64,000 nt of DNA from a virus. This document shows, in pieces, positions 10,126 through 20,376 of this stretch. Position numbers and translations under genes: made by a program. A model generated the notes under the pieces. It was not told the DNA's origin and did no database searches. It saw only the letters and a program-made list of their open reading frames with translations. Position 1 is the first letter of the stretch; each line of letters opens with the position of its first letter. The stretch lies in the IMG/VR virus record IMGVR_UViG_3300042382_000102, positions 16,336 through 80,335 of that record. One strand, written 5' to 3'.

Positions 10126-10623
10126 TTAGTTTGCCCTCCACCATTGAGTAGAACCTTGGTTTACTAAAAGTGGTTTTAGGTATTTTCTAACAATACTAGG
10201 AACTACTGGAGTTCTAGTTGTGTCATTATTACTATCTTTCAATGTAATAGTACCAATTGAAATTTCTTCAAAGTTTTGTGTTTTATTATCTAACAAATTT
10301 TCATTGGATAATAAATGATGAGCCATTTCTAAAACAGCCTGTTTCATTCTCTTTGGAATTTCACTCACACTAAAGTTAACTTCTTGTCCTAATCTAGGAT
10401 CAAAAATATAAGCCCCTTTACGAGGCCACGCAAGACTCTGTGTGGAACTGACAGCAACACCGATAAATTGATTTTCATCAAGTATAAGAGTTGCAGTCAC
10501 TAATGCTGACTCCTGGTCGTCGTCTTGAGCATTTAACCATGCACCCGCATCAATGCGAGTATCAAAGTATGCATCAGCTTCGGCCATAGTTACATATGTG
10601 TTTGTACCTAGGACTAGTGCCAT
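10126..10623 (-). CDS. Head-tail adaptor protein
   Basis: NTYVTMAEADAYF...QSLAWPR motif; directly after capsid gene. Confidence 0.75.
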   Translation of the reverse strand: MALVLGTNTYVTMAEADAYFDTRIDAGAWLNAQDDDQESALVTATLILDENQFIGVAVSSTQSLAWPRKGAYIFDPRLGQEVNFSVSEIPKRMKQAVLEMAHHLLSNENLLDNKTQNFEEISIGTITLKDSNNDTTRTPVVPSIVRKYLKPLLVNQGSTQWWRAN

Positions 10624-10640
10624 CAGTTCCTCCTAATAGA

Positions 10641-11735
10641 TTAAGCGTGGAGAATAGGTAGAATACCTAAGTTCAATGCACTCATCTTACGTGCCCATGA
10701 ACCAGCAGTTGCAAAAGCAGTGTTGGTAGCAAAAGCGTTAGTAGCGCCAGCCCAGTCGTAACCCATTGGATGTACAACGAAGCCATAACGATACCAGATA
10801 GATGTAGAACCACCACCAGTGTAGGAAGCAGCAGAGCGGTCAACTTCAACAGGTGTAGGAACAGCAATATTTGTAAAGCTGATAGCGCCTGGCTTGCAAA
10901 TGAATGTAGTCTTAGTAGAACGATCATTTACGTTAGCAGAAGCTGAGAGGTCACCTTGAGCAACACGGCTGAGGATCAAACGGAACTTACCACCGAATAC
11001 GGTTTGGAATGTTAGGTTACCATCAGTAACTGTAGTTACGTCTACTAAGTTAGCAGCACGTAATTCAGCTAAAACTTCAGGTGAAGTGATCATGTACATG
11101 AAGTCAGGCTCATAGTCTTTGAATGCCATACCAAGAGCTTGGAATAGACGTTGACCACGGGCAGCACCAATAGCGGTAGCATCAAATAGCTTACGCTGAT
11201 CAGAAGCAGAAGTAGCAGCTGCGGTACCGAATACACCAGCAGCGTTGATGTCTACGAAGTTACCAACAGTAGAACCATCAGCGTCTGTGTCATAGCCAAC
11301 AATACCAGCACCACGAGAAACTTCATAAGCAGCTACACCTTTGAGTGTAGATACGATAGAGTCAGACTCGTCTTGGCTACGAACTTCAGAGAAGTCACGA
11401 GCGATTTTAGAGAGACCGTCTTGTTGAGAAACGATTTGCTGGAGGTTAACTTGTTGTGAACCGAATGTACGGACTGTCTTGATGTAGTCAGCAATTTCAG
11501 TTGACACATCAGTGTAGTTGCCTTCATTAGCGCTAGATAAGCTAGCAACGTTAATGTTGGCAGCTAGAGGTTTGTACCAGCGCATTTGACCAATGAAGCT
11601 CTCGCCTGTTGGGTCAATACGGGCATCAGTACCAACGATACCAGTGCTGTTAAGCTTCTTGGCGTTTGTGTACATTTCATCAGCATATGCAGAAATAGCA
11701 ATAGCTACGTTTTGGAACATTGTATGATTAATCAT
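10641..11735 (-). CDS. Major capsid protein
   Basis: 364 aa after scaffold; strong codon bias; C-terminal VEVDRSAA...RYGFVVHPMGYDW motif of phage coat proteins. Confidence 0.85.
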   Translation of the reverse strand: MINHTMFQNVAIAISAYADEMYTNAKKLNSTGIVGTDARIDPTGESFIGQMRWYKPLAANINVASLSSANEGNYTDVSTEIADYIKTVRTFGSQQVNLQQIVSQQDGLSKIARDFSEVRSQDESDSIVSTLKGVAAYEVSRGAGIVGYDTDADGSTVGNFVDINAAGVFGTAAATSASDQRKLFDATAIGAARGQRLFQALGMAFKDYEPDFMYMITSPEVLAELRAANLVDVTTVTDGNLTFQTVFGGKFRLILSRVAQGDLSASANVNDRSTKTTFICKPGAISFTNIAVPTPVEVDRSAASYTGGGSTSIWYRYGFVVHPMGYDWAGATNAFATNTAFATAGSWARKMSALNLGILPILHA

Positions 11736-11755
11736 TTAAAAAATCTCCTATGATT

Positions 11756-12451
11756 TTAAAGTGTGAAGTTACCGAGTTTACCACCTGCAGCAAGTGCTAA
11801 CACTTCTTCAGTAGTCATATCAGTAATCTTCTTATTGGGATCGAGTTTGGGAGTACCGTTCATATTGCTACCACCACCCCCTGAATTAGATTTAGGTTTA
11901 AATAGGAAAGAATTATCTTCATTCTTTACGTATTGTCCTACAAAATCCTTGATTGATACACCAGATTTGTGAATCCATGCACCAGTTTCTGGATCTTGGA
12001 TGAGTTGATCGATAATATCACGATAGGCCATTTGGCCAGATCGCTCATTACGGAAATCAAGACTGGTTAATGCATTACGAACTGCACCATCACGGGTGAG
12101 TTCAGTTACTTTACCTTCGGCTAACGCAAGCTTTTCAGTGAGTTCTGCGAGCTTCATCTCAGCAACTTCTTTATGCTTACCTTCATCCTCTAAAGCTTTC
12201 ATCTTACGTTGTTTAGCATCATCTTCAAGACGAACACGCTCTTTAACAGCATTGTCACGTTCTTGATAAGCTTTATCTAAACTTTGTTTGATTTTAGAAA
12301 GACGCTCTTCAACCATACGATTGATCATGTCTTCTGTATCTTTATTGTTAGTACCTGCACCTGGATCTCCAACCTGATCGGCTTGAAACTCTGGGTTTAA
12401 TGTGGTACCATCATCGAGGAACTCTTTGTTTCCGAACTTATCTACTTTCAT
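11756..12451 (-). CDS. Capsid scaffolding protein
   Basis: Charged coiled coil with FLFKPKSNSGGG C-terminal motif; immediately upstream of MCP. Confidence 0.75.
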   Translation of the reverse strand: MKVDKFGNKEFLDDGTTLNPEFQADQVGDPGAGTNNKDTEDMINRMVEERLSKIKQSLDKAYQERDNAVKERVRLEDDAKQRKMKALEDEGKHKEVAEMKLAELTEKLALAEGKVTELTRDGAVRNALTSLDFRNERSGQMAYRDIIDQLIQDPETGAWIHKSGVSIKDFVGQYVKNEDNSFLFKPKSNSGGGGSNMNGTPKLDPNKKITDMTTEEVLALAAGGKLGNFTL

Positions 12452-12517
12452 CTTTATTTTCCTTTGGCACAGCCATTTAATTTTAATTTTTTAGGGTTTA
12501 GTTACAAACATAAACTC

Positions 12518-15500
12518 TTACGGTCCAATACCATACCAATCCATACCTTTAGGTATAGGAGCGAGTATCTCTTTTCTCGTAATCTTGTTTTTGGGATTTA
12601 GTAAGCCATCCTCAATAGCTTTTTGGCGAAGCTTATTGTAAGTCTCGTTAGACATACCTTCAGCTTTTAATGCCAGTAATGTTTTCTCTATTGTGTTACC
12701 TTCAAGAGCATCCGCATAGATTTCTCTAAGCGCATACTTGGACTTTGCTGCTTGTCCAATGTTGGTGAAGAAAGCATCATGAATCGTAGCGGTTTCAATA
12801 CCATTTTTACGACCCCATAAATGAAATCTTCTTACAATAGTAGCATCGTTCATGTGGTTACCATTAACCCCCATGCCAATACCTGCCCTCATCAGGCTTG
12901 ATTTTCCTAGAAGTGAAGCATCTTCTGCTCGATCTTCGTAAATGTTACGGACCATCCTATTAGCTTCTTTGTCATAGAACTCAATGCTAGTTTGGATTTT
13001 AGGTCTGTATCTCTGGTATAAAGTCTTACCATCAAATGTTACCCAAGGTACATCAACCTTCTGAGTTTCATCAACGTAAGCTTTAGCAGCTTCTTTCCAG
13101 AATTGTACGAACTTTTGAGTTACTGGTGCTCTCTCAGCTAGTCTTCGAGACATAATCTCAGAGACTGCTTTGAAGTCTTGAGGTCCAATTAGACCCCTAC
13201 GAGCATTCATTAACTTATCGACAAACGCTTCTACGTCTGGGTGAGAATCACGAGCATGTGCTAAAAGTTCTTGCCCCACAGGGGTTTCACCTTCAACAAC
13301 CTCATTCAACTCACGCTTTAATTGTTTCAAACCAAAGACAACATTTTCAGCACCTAGCTTATCTGCCTCTTTGATTTTTCCATCTATAATATTTGTTACA
13401 CCACGAAGTTCTTCACGAGTAACAACAGTATATCCTTTTAACTCTAATACTGAAGCAAATTTAGCCTCAATATTAGCCGCCTGTGTTGCTTTACCAGCAC
13501 CATAGAAAGAAACCATGTTCTGAGCTTTAGCAGCTTTCTGGAGATCAGTCCATTGAACATTAGCATCTCTTAACCCTTGTATCTTTTGAAACTCTGGATC
13601 AGACACTGTATCCATAGCAACTAAGTCATACAAACGATTCTTTTGGAGTGTAGGTAACACATTTGAGTTGATTGAAATGTCTCTATCGCCTGTACTCAAA
13701 CCGATAATCTGAGCACCAGAGGATGAGGCATCATTCTCAATCATTAATTTTGTTTTGTATTCTGCTAATTTATTTACATTAGTAAAATCACCATTTACAG
13801 CTTTATGCGCACGAGCGTATTCTATTGCTAATCGACTAATCTTTGGAACTTCCTCTGCTTCAGTAGCACGGATAATAGGATGCTCTAGGTATTCCCTAAT
13901 CCTTCTATCTCGTTGAGTAGTTTCCATCATTAACCTACCAAGGCTTAGAATTTCTTTTTCATTTCTTAAAAAGATTTCCATTCTACCAGATTGTGTTAAA
14001 GCTTCTGTAGCAGGTCCAAGCATAGACCCAGTTTGAATCATTAACTCTCGTAGAATCTCAGGAGTCATATCTTCAGGTTTTGCACTATTAAGAAATGGTC
14101 TAACCACTTCACCACCAGTTGGTGTTAGGAATCCTTGATAGTATACACGTCCACGACCATCAATATTAGCGACAACACTAAAAGGTTTACCAGTATCTCT
14201 GTGATACTTAACCGTCTGCATAAAACTGTAACCTTGATCTCCACGAGTCAAAATAAGTTTTCTAAAATCATTTAAGTCATCGTACTTCTTTACGTTCCCA
14301 CGGGGATCTCTAAAGCGAACTAAGTCTTCCATGAATCCAGCATACTCGTTATCAACCTCATATTGAACTGACATTGTATGATTAAGCATATCAGCAAAAT
14401 CATTGTCAATAAGAATTTTATCGTAATTAGCATTAGCCCTGCGAGTAATAATCGGAATACCTGTATTATTGCCTCTAGCATCAAAATAAGTCTTAGCTCC
14501 AGAACGAACATACAGCTTGTCTCTTGGAGAATTAATACCAATACGTTTTGCTAGCAATGCACTACGATTAGCTCTCTGTAAGTTTAACATATCTTTGTTT
14601 AAGATCTGTACTTCACGACTAACTGTATCTCTCCAAGGACCACTTGCACGACCTGTTTCTAGGTCAACAACTGATCTCCTAGTCTTACCTCTCATGACCA
14701 CACGAATGTAGCCTTTGTCTTTTAAGGCAGTAAGAATTTGGGAACCATCAGCATGATAGTCTTGTAATGTAGGTTTAAAGAACGGGAACTCTGGGACATT
14801 CCAAGATTCTCTCAATGTCTTTCCTACATTAATAGCTAATGAGTCATAGTCAGTAGACTTACCATCAGCAACTACAGTTAAAACTTTAGATAGGGCATCA
14901 ATAGCCTTCTTGTCGTTAAGACCACCCTCAACTAATTGATTTAAATAATTTTGTCTTTGTTTACCAAATAGAAACTCTAAGTCTACTATTCTTCGATAGT
15001 CTTCTCTTCTGTTTCTTAAAAATTCATCAACTAATCTTTCAGTAGGCGCTTTATCTTTAAAAAATAGTTTAGCACCAGGAATATTATCCTCTAAGTATTT
15101 AACTATTTTCTTTTTAAAAACATCAATACCAATTCTAGGAGTACCTTTAAACCATGTGTATAGTGGAGTTCTTCCAGTATAATACAAGCTTCTGGCTAGA
15201 GGTCTACCTTCAGTAGTAGCCCAATTACGAACATATCTTTGATCATCTATATTCTTTTGAATGATTTCATCAAAGGTATAATACTTACCAAATATTTGTA
15301 CTTTAGCAGGTTCTCCAGCAACTCCATATGAGTCAAATTGTGATGATCGTGCTCTTGATCTACGATCTAGAATACGACTAGTGTTAACTACAGAATACTG
15401 CATTTCACCACGGGCAACATTCATGAAGTTTACCCAAGGCTGTTTATCATTGTTATATCGTTCAAATACAACACGCAAATTTTCAGCAATAGCAGTCTGT

Positions 15501-16936
15501 TGGTTAACAGAAACAGAATCATCTAGGCTTTCAACGAATTGTTGAATCCAAACTTTTTGTTCTTGGTTTAGAGCCTTAGAGTTTTTAATAAAGTCTAATC
15601 GTTCCTGTAATACACCAAAGTCTGGGTCATACAAAAGAGTAGAACTCTGTTCACCTGTAAAGGGATCAAAGCTATTATTACGTTCATCAAACTCGTTATT
15701 AGCCCTAATCCTAACTGATCGTTTACCTTGTAATGAGGTACCACGATAGTCTACTAGAGATAGTGTTTGTGCAGTATTTTCAGTGTCCGCTATATACATT
15801 GCCTTTAATTGTTTATTGGCCTCTGTATTTTTAATAAGTTCATTAGGTCTAGCTACATTAACAGCAAATAAATTAGATTCAGCTTCTGCTACTGCGGCTT
15901 GCCTAGTTGGAAAGAATGTTGTTCTTGCATTATCAAGTTTTCTTAATGCTGCAATACTTAATTGTTGACCCTTAGCGGTAGTAAATGCTTTAACGTCAAG
16001 AACACCTTTTTGTAGTAATCCTGCACGTTCTTCACTACCTAAATGTTTAACTTGTACCATCATAGGCTGACGCTTAAGCCATGTACCATAAGTTTCTACT
16101 GGGGGTAAGCTACCATCTAAAATATTCTCAGATGTTTCCTTAAGTTTATTTACTTTAACTCTTGATTCAGCTTCCTCAGAAGCTTTTAATAGTTCTTCTT
16201 TGTTCTTTAAAACAGGAACCATAGAACTACGGCAATTCCAGTGTAAGGGAGGTCTAAAACGAAGATCATCAATCTTATATACTTGACCATCATGGTGAGC
16301 ACAGATCTTTGATGTTCTATTATCTAACACAGCAGTAAATCTATAACCTTTTAGTAATTCGTTATTACGATCCATTACTAGATTAATTGCTTTAGCTTGC
16401 GTATTCGTAATAGCAGTTCTAACTAATACCTTAGCTTGCACTTCAGTCATAGTTGTAGTCTTAATTACATCAGCAATAATTTCTTTAACAGGTTTATTGT
16501 CTGCTAATCCTGACTTAATTTTTCCATCAATCCTAGCTAACTCAGTTGTACCAATACTGTCAAAGTGATCTTTTAAACTCTTTGAGGCAGTAATATTAGG
16601 TCCAATCAGGAGAGGAATAGCATCACTACCTCTAGGTTTTTGTACCCTAAAGAAAGATCCAGCACTTCTCTCTAGATTATTAGCATGGAAGCTTACAGAG
16701 GCATCTGCATAATCACTAACTGAATTTTTAGTAATCATGTGTAACTCTTTAGTTGCTCGAGTTACTTCTGGTTTAACATCAGCCTTAATATTTTTAGATA
16801 ATAAAATCTTTAATCTTTTCTGATGCCTACGGATGCCTCTAGAAACATTGGTTGATGTCTCTGCTTCATATAGCCTAGTGTCAGCTAAGTGTTGTACAAT
16901 ACGATCATAAACTTCCGTATTAATTGGTGTTGGCAT
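12518..16936 (-). CDS. MuF (SPP1 gp7-like) minor head protein fused to a T7/SP6-type single-subunit RNA polymerase (candidate virion RNAP)
   Basis: N-terminal MuF motifs YRFTAVLDNRTSKICAHHDG and PPLHWNCRS; C-terminal RNAP motifs DGRGRVY, NDASSSGAQ (A), KAAKAQNMVSFYG (B), NGNHMND, IHDAFFT (C); one uninterrupted ORF between portal and scaffold. Confidence 0.9.
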   Translation of the reverse strand: MPTPINTEVYDRIVQHLADTRLYEAETSTNVSRGIRRHQKRLKILLSKNIKADVKPEVTRATKELHMITKNSVSDYADASVSFHANNLERSAGSFFRVQKPRGSDAIPLLIGPNITASKSLKDHFDSIGTTELARIDGKIKSGLADNKPVKEIIADVIKTTTMTEVQAKVLVRTAITNTQAKAINLVMDRNNELLKGYRFTAVLDNRTSKICAHHDGQVYKIDDLRFRPPLHWNCRSSMVPVLKNKEELLKASEEAESRVKVNKLKETSENILDGSLPPVETYGTWLKRQPMMVQVKHLGSEERAGLLQKGVLDVKAFTTAKGQQLSIAALRKLDNARTTFFPTRQAAVAEAESNLFAVNVARPNELIKNTEANKQLKAMYIADTENTAQTLSLVDYRGTSLQGKRSVRIRANNEFDERNNSFDPFTGEQSSTLLYDPDFGVLQERLDFIKNSKALNQEQKVWIQQFVESLDDSVSVNQQTAIAENLRVVFERYNNDKQPWVNFMNVARGEMQYSVVNTSRILDRRSRARSSQFDSYGVAGEPAKVQIFGKYYTFDEIIQKNIDDQRYVRNWATTEGRPLARSLYYTGRTPLYTWFKGTPRIGIDVFKKKIVKYLEDNIPGAKLFFKDKAPTERLVDEFLRNRREDYRRIVDLEFLFGKQRQNYLNQLVEGGLNDKKAIDALSKVLTVVADGKSTDYDSLAINVGKTLRESWNVPEFPFFKPTLQDYHADGSQILTALKDKGYIRVVMRGKTRRSVVDLETGRASGPWRDTVSREVQILNKDMLNLQRANRSALLAKRIGINSPRDKLYVRSGAKTYFDARGNNTGIPIITRRANANYDKILIDNDFADMLNHTMSVQYEVDNEYAGFMEDLVRFRDPRGNVKKYDDLNDFRKLILTRGDQGYSFMQTVKYHRDTGKPFSVVANIDGRGRVYYQGFLTPTGGEVVRPFLNSAKPEDMTPEILRELMIQTGSMLGPATEALTQSGRMEIFLRNEKEILSLGRLMMETTQRDRRIREYLEHPIIRATEAEEVPKISRLAIEYARAHKAVNGDFTNVNKLAEYKTKLMIENDASSSGAQIIGLSTGDRDISINSNVLPTLQKNRLYDLVAMDTVSDPEFQKIQGLRDANVQWTDLQKAAKAQNMVSFYGAGKATQAANIEAKFASVLELKGYTVVTREELRGVTNIIDGKIKEADKLGAENVVFGLKQLKRELNEVVEGETPVGQELLAHARDSHPDVEAFVDKLMNARRGLIGPQDFKAVSEIMSRRLAERAPVTQKFVQFWKEAAKAYVDETQKVDVPWVTFDGKTLYQRYRPKIQTSIEFYDKEANRMVRNIYEDRAEDASLLGKSSLMRAGIGMGVNGNHMNDATIVRRFHLWGRKNGIETATIHDAFFTNIGQAAKSKYALREIYADALEGNTIEKTLLALKAEGMSNETYNKLRQKAIEDGLLNPKNKITRKEILAPIPKGMDWYGIGP

Positions 16937-16990
16937 TTAAACTCCTTGATGCTAGTTAACAACTGCATCTTGGATGCCCTCGTTAATAGC

Positions 16991-17227
16991 TTATTCTGGT
17001 TGTTGTGGATATACAACTTCACCCTCTGTTGGAGGATTATTCATAATATCAGTTATAGCTTGTCTATAGGTTGCCCATTTTTCACGAGTAACTCCACTTA
17101 TATTGCTTGATGCAATCCACTCTGTTTTAGCTAGAATTTCAGCACATTTTTCTTGTACTTCGTTTACCTCAATTGGCTCCTCTAGCTTTAGAGGTTTTTG
17201 TTTCTTGTTTAGTTTACTGTATTCCAT
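16991..17227 (-). CDS. Small protein resembling tail-fibre assembly chaperones
   Basis: KWATYRQAITDI motif, similar to EWAEYRQALRDM in 54856..55287; GGAG RBS before MEYSK. Confidence 0.55.
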   Translation of the reverse strand: MEYSKLNKKQKPLKLEEPIEVNEVQEKCAEILAKTEWIASSNISGVTREKWATYRQAITDIMNNPPTEGEVVYPQQPE

Positions 17228-17228
17228 A

Positions 17229-18842
17229 TTAAGCTCCTGAATTATTATCTGTACGATTGTTGTCATTCATATCAGATACATTTGAGTCAATTCTAGTTGC
17301 CATAGTATCTACAAGAGGATCACTCTGAATCTCAGCTATACCTTCTTCATCGTTATACTCAGCAGGGAGTACATCGTTAAACTTAGCAATAGAGATAAAT
17401 GTAGAACGTGGAATAATACCTTGCTGGTACCATTCTGTAACTAGTCTCATCCAGTCAGCACCTACAGGTGTAGGATTAAAGTCAGCACTTAATGTAAACT
17501 TAATGTCTGTTGGAAGAACATCAACATTATATTTCCACTTAAGCATAACTGTAATAATCTGTCTCATTGTCTCTGAGATACGAGTATTAAGCATGCCTAA
17601 TTGAGCAGTCTGAGCAGCATTACGGATTTCTAAGCTTACGCCTGACTCACCTGAAGAACCTTCTGGCGATAACATGCGGATTCCCATACGAGCCATCTCT
17701 TCGATAGTAGCAGCAATACTTGCCTCCATATCTTTTAGAGCACCTGTAGGTGTATCTAGTGCTTTGATATCATCTCCTGCACGAAGTTTAATCCATGAGC
17801 CTAAACCAGCAGCTACAATATCCTCAAACTCTTCATCAGTCATATCTGACATGACTACTGGAGTGTATGTTGCAGCGCCATAGAGTAAATGATTACGTCT
17901 ACTAATCTTGTTGTATAGTGCAATCTCACGATCAATTAATGATTGTAGAATTGGTTCAACAGGATCAATTTGACCATTTAATGGGTAGGCAGGAATGAAA
18001 TTCATTCTCTCACCATTCATTAATGGTATTTCTGTGCGTGTTTTAGTCCATGCTGCATTAGCGTTATCTGTCTGATACTTAGAAGTAACATTACCATTAA
18101 TAACGTTAACAGACTCATTAGTGTCTCGTGTGTAAGTATCCACAACAAGTAAGCCTGCATCATCTAGGTAGTAGTGAGTAACTGTGTCTACATAGTCTGG
18201 ATGGAATTGATTTTTAGTATAGTCTTCCATATAATAACGGAAGAGTAAACTTGTTAATACTTGTTTGTTAGTATTACGGTCTTGACCTCTACGCCAGTTA
18301 ATAATATTCTCTGCTTGAATGAGCATAACATATGGTGATAGAGCCTTAGCTTCTTCTACTGTTAATGCGTCTGGGTTAGCAACTGTAGGATAGTCTACTA
18401 AGCACCAAGCTCTGGATGACTGTAATTCTTCCCAAATAGCAGCATCTAAAAATCCATGTAGTGAGGTACCATCAGAGCCAAAAGAAGTACGAATCCAATC
18501 TTCAGTTCCTTCTGGGAACATATTATCAGGTAATTCAATAGCCGCTTGTTTACGTAGTAGTCCACCCACTAAAACTTTAGCATATTGTGCTGTTAGACCT
18601 GGAAGTTCACCTTCAGCACGATAAAAATTGTACTGTTGAGAACTCATTGTAGGAGAAAATGGTAACAATAGGTTACTAAAATTTACTGGATCAATTGTAT
18701 CATCATATGCTCGTGCATGTGTCTGTCCATTTAGAACAGCTCTGGATCGTTCCCAGAGTGGCCGCATAGATTCGTATGCAGCATTAGGATCCCCAAGGCT
18801 TTTTGTCTTAGCCTTTGATGGGGTCGTTGTTAGGTTTGCCAT
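17229..18842 (-). CDS. Portal protein (DUF4055-like)
   Basis: 537 aa; IQAENIINWR and ESGVSLEIR motifs; upstream of MuF, scaffold and MCP. Confidence 0.85.
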   Translation of the reverse strand: MANLTTTPSKAKTKSLGDPNAAYESMRPLWERSRAVLNGQTHARAYDDTIDPVNFSNLLLPFSPTMSSQQYNFYRAEGELPGLTAQYAKVLVGGLLRKQAAIELPDNMFPEGTEDWIRTSFGSDGTSLHGFLDAAIWEELQSSRAWCLVDYPTVANPDALTVEEAKALSPYVMLIQAENIINWRRGQDRNTNKQVLTSLLFRYYMEDYTKNQFHPDYVDTVTHYYLDDAGLLVVDTYTRDTNESVNVINGNVTSKYQTDNANAAWTKTRTEIPLMNGERMNFIPAYPLNGQIDPVEPILQSLIDREIALYNKISRRNHLLYGAATYTPVVMSDMTDEEFEDIVAAGLGSWIKLRAGDDIKALDTPTGALKDMEASIAATIEEMARMGIRMLSPEGSSGESGVSLEIRNAAQTAQLGMLNTRISETMRQIITVMLKWKYNVDVLPTDIKFTLSADFNPTPVGADWMRLVTEWYQQGIIPRSTFISIAKFNDVLPAEYNDEEGIAEIQSDPLVDTMATRIDSNVSDMNDNNRTDNNSGA

Positions 18843-19568
18843 TTAAAGATTCTCCTCCATAAGCATCCTAACAATTCTAGCAACGATGTCTGAACGAACA
18901 ATATCGTCTACACCAAACTCGATGATAGGAATGTCAATGTTATGTTTTTTACATAGGTGGACAAATTTGAGTATGTCCTTACCACTATTAATGTCACTCT
19001 GGGCAGGATCGCCACAGAGGACCATTTTAGAATTTTCACCAAGCCTTGTTGTAATAGCTTTTAATTCTTCAAATGTTAAATTCTGACACTCGTCTACAAT
19101 GACAAGTGAGTTTTCATAAGATCGACCACGAATAGTTTCTAGTGGTTGGATCTCGATTGAACCTTTATTTACTAGGTATTGATAGAAGCCTAATCCGAAA
19201 GACTTTTCTAAAACACTAGTAATAGGCATTAACCAAGGAGCCATCTTATCAGCGATGGTCCCTGGGAAATGTCCTAAAGATTTTCCCGTAGCTACGTTAG
19301 CTCTACTTAAAATTATTTTGTCATACTTCCCTGTTAAAAACAGAGAGGCTACCATAGATGAGGAGCAATAAGTTTTACCTGTACCAGCGCAGCCAATAGT
19401 GACAGTGATAGGATAGTGGCGAATTGCAGTAAGTAGATTATCTTGCTTGTCATTTTTTGGTTGAACATGAAATGGCCTTGGGGCCTTAATAACTTTAACA
19501 TTAGATTGATAATCCTCAATATGTGTAACTTGAGCTTGTTTACGTGGAACTCTACGGGGTTTATTCAT
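18843..19568 (-). CDS. phoH: PhoH family ATPase
   Basis: GCAGTGKT, LGHFPG, IRGRS, IVDECQN, TRLGENSK, GDPAQSD, DIVRS motifs. Confidence 0.95.
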   Translation of the reverse strand: MNKPRRVPRKQAQVTHIEDYQSNVKVIKAPRPFHVQPKNDKQDNLLTAIRHYPITVTIGCAGTGKTYCSSSMVASLFLTGKYDKIILSRANVATGKSLGHFPGTIADKMAPWLMPITSVLEKSFGLGFYQYLVNKGSIEIQPLETIRGRSYENSLVIVDECQNLTFEELKAITTRLGENSKMVLCGDPAQSDINSGKDILKFVHLCKKHNIDIPIIEFGVDDIVRSDIVARIVRMLMEENL

Positions 19569-19581
19569 ATATAATTAGTCC

Positions 19582-19695
19582 TTACTTCTTGAACTTAGAT
19601 ACTAGCTTGTCTTGTATTGTAATTGCCCATGATGGTTGCGGAACATGCCAACCAATAACAATACCTACGGCAATGCAAATTAATGCTGTTATCAT
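19582..19695 (-). CDS. Small membrane protein (37 aa)
   Basis: MITALICIAVGIVIGWHVPQPSWA...; not in ORF track; AGGGG RBS. Confidence 0.55.
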   Translation of the reverse strand: MITALICIAVGIVIGWHVPQPSWAITIQDKLVSKFKK

Positions 19696-19704
19696 AATAT
19701 CCCC

Positions 19705-19890
19705 TTATTTCTTAGTAGGTACTTCTGTACCTTCTAGCTTTTTATGTATTTTAATTTCTTTACATACTTCCTTAGACTTTCCAGTCTTAGGGTCTTTAGT
19801 CTCTTTACAAACCTTCTTTGTTGTTTGTTCTGCAGAATGAACTGTAGGAACTATAAACATAAAGGCAAATAATAATATAAACTTATTCAT
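19705..19890 (-). CDS. Small secreted basic protein
   Basis: Signal-peptide-like N-terminus; two VCKE repeats. Confidence 0.6.
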   Translation of the reverse strand: MNKFILLFAFMFIVPTVHSAEQTTKKVCKETKDPKTGKSKEVCKEIKIHKKLEGTEVPTKK

Positions 19891-19899
19891 TTGTATCCT

Positions 19900-20367
19900 T
19901 TAAATAAGGGGATGCTCTGGATGAGGAGGTGCTAGCTTACCACCATAACCTGTAGTTACAGTAGTCTCAGTAATTGTACGCTGTTGTTGTACTGCTGGAT
20001 AATTTTGTCCATACTGTTGTGGTTGCTGGTTGCCCATAGGCATACCCATTGATTGGCTTTGAATTGGACCTGAAGACACTCCTGCCATTTTCTCTTGACC
20101 CCTAGACCAGGCAGTAATACCTAATACAGCACCCATAGCCATATGAAATAAACCACCGCCCTGAAGGGTTAATGGAGCCCACTGCCTAAAGGCATCATTT
20201 TGAATAGCAACTTCCCAGAATTGTACAATAGTAAATCCAATAGGGAATATAATAAAGTCACATGCGCATACACACATATACATCATAGCCATTAGTGGAC
20301 GCCATTTCTTTTGCATCCAACTTTCTTCTTCTTTCTTAGGTTCTTCAACCTTAGCTTCTTCTGCCAT
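19900..20367 (-). CDS. Holin-like membrane protein (GTA 3TM holin type)
   Basis: WMQKKWRP...AVLGITAWSRGQEK pattern with two hydrophobic helices; in lysis cluster. Confidence 0.65.
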   Translation of the reverse strand: MAEEAKVEEPKKEEESWMQKKWRPLMAMMYMCVCACDFIIFPIGFTIVQFWEVAIQNDAFRQWAPLTLQGGGLFHMAMGAVLGITAWSRGQEKMAGVSSGPIQSQSMGMPMGNQQPQQYGQNYPAVQQQRTITETTVTTGYGGKLAPPHPEHPLI

Positions 20368-20376
20368 AAGAAATCC

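Noticed and set aside
12518-16936. Interpreting the MuF extension as a polymorphic toxin or intein
   Set aside because: The extension carries ordered RNAP catalytic motifs; no intein splice motifs or obvious immunity gene follows (next gene is the scaffold)
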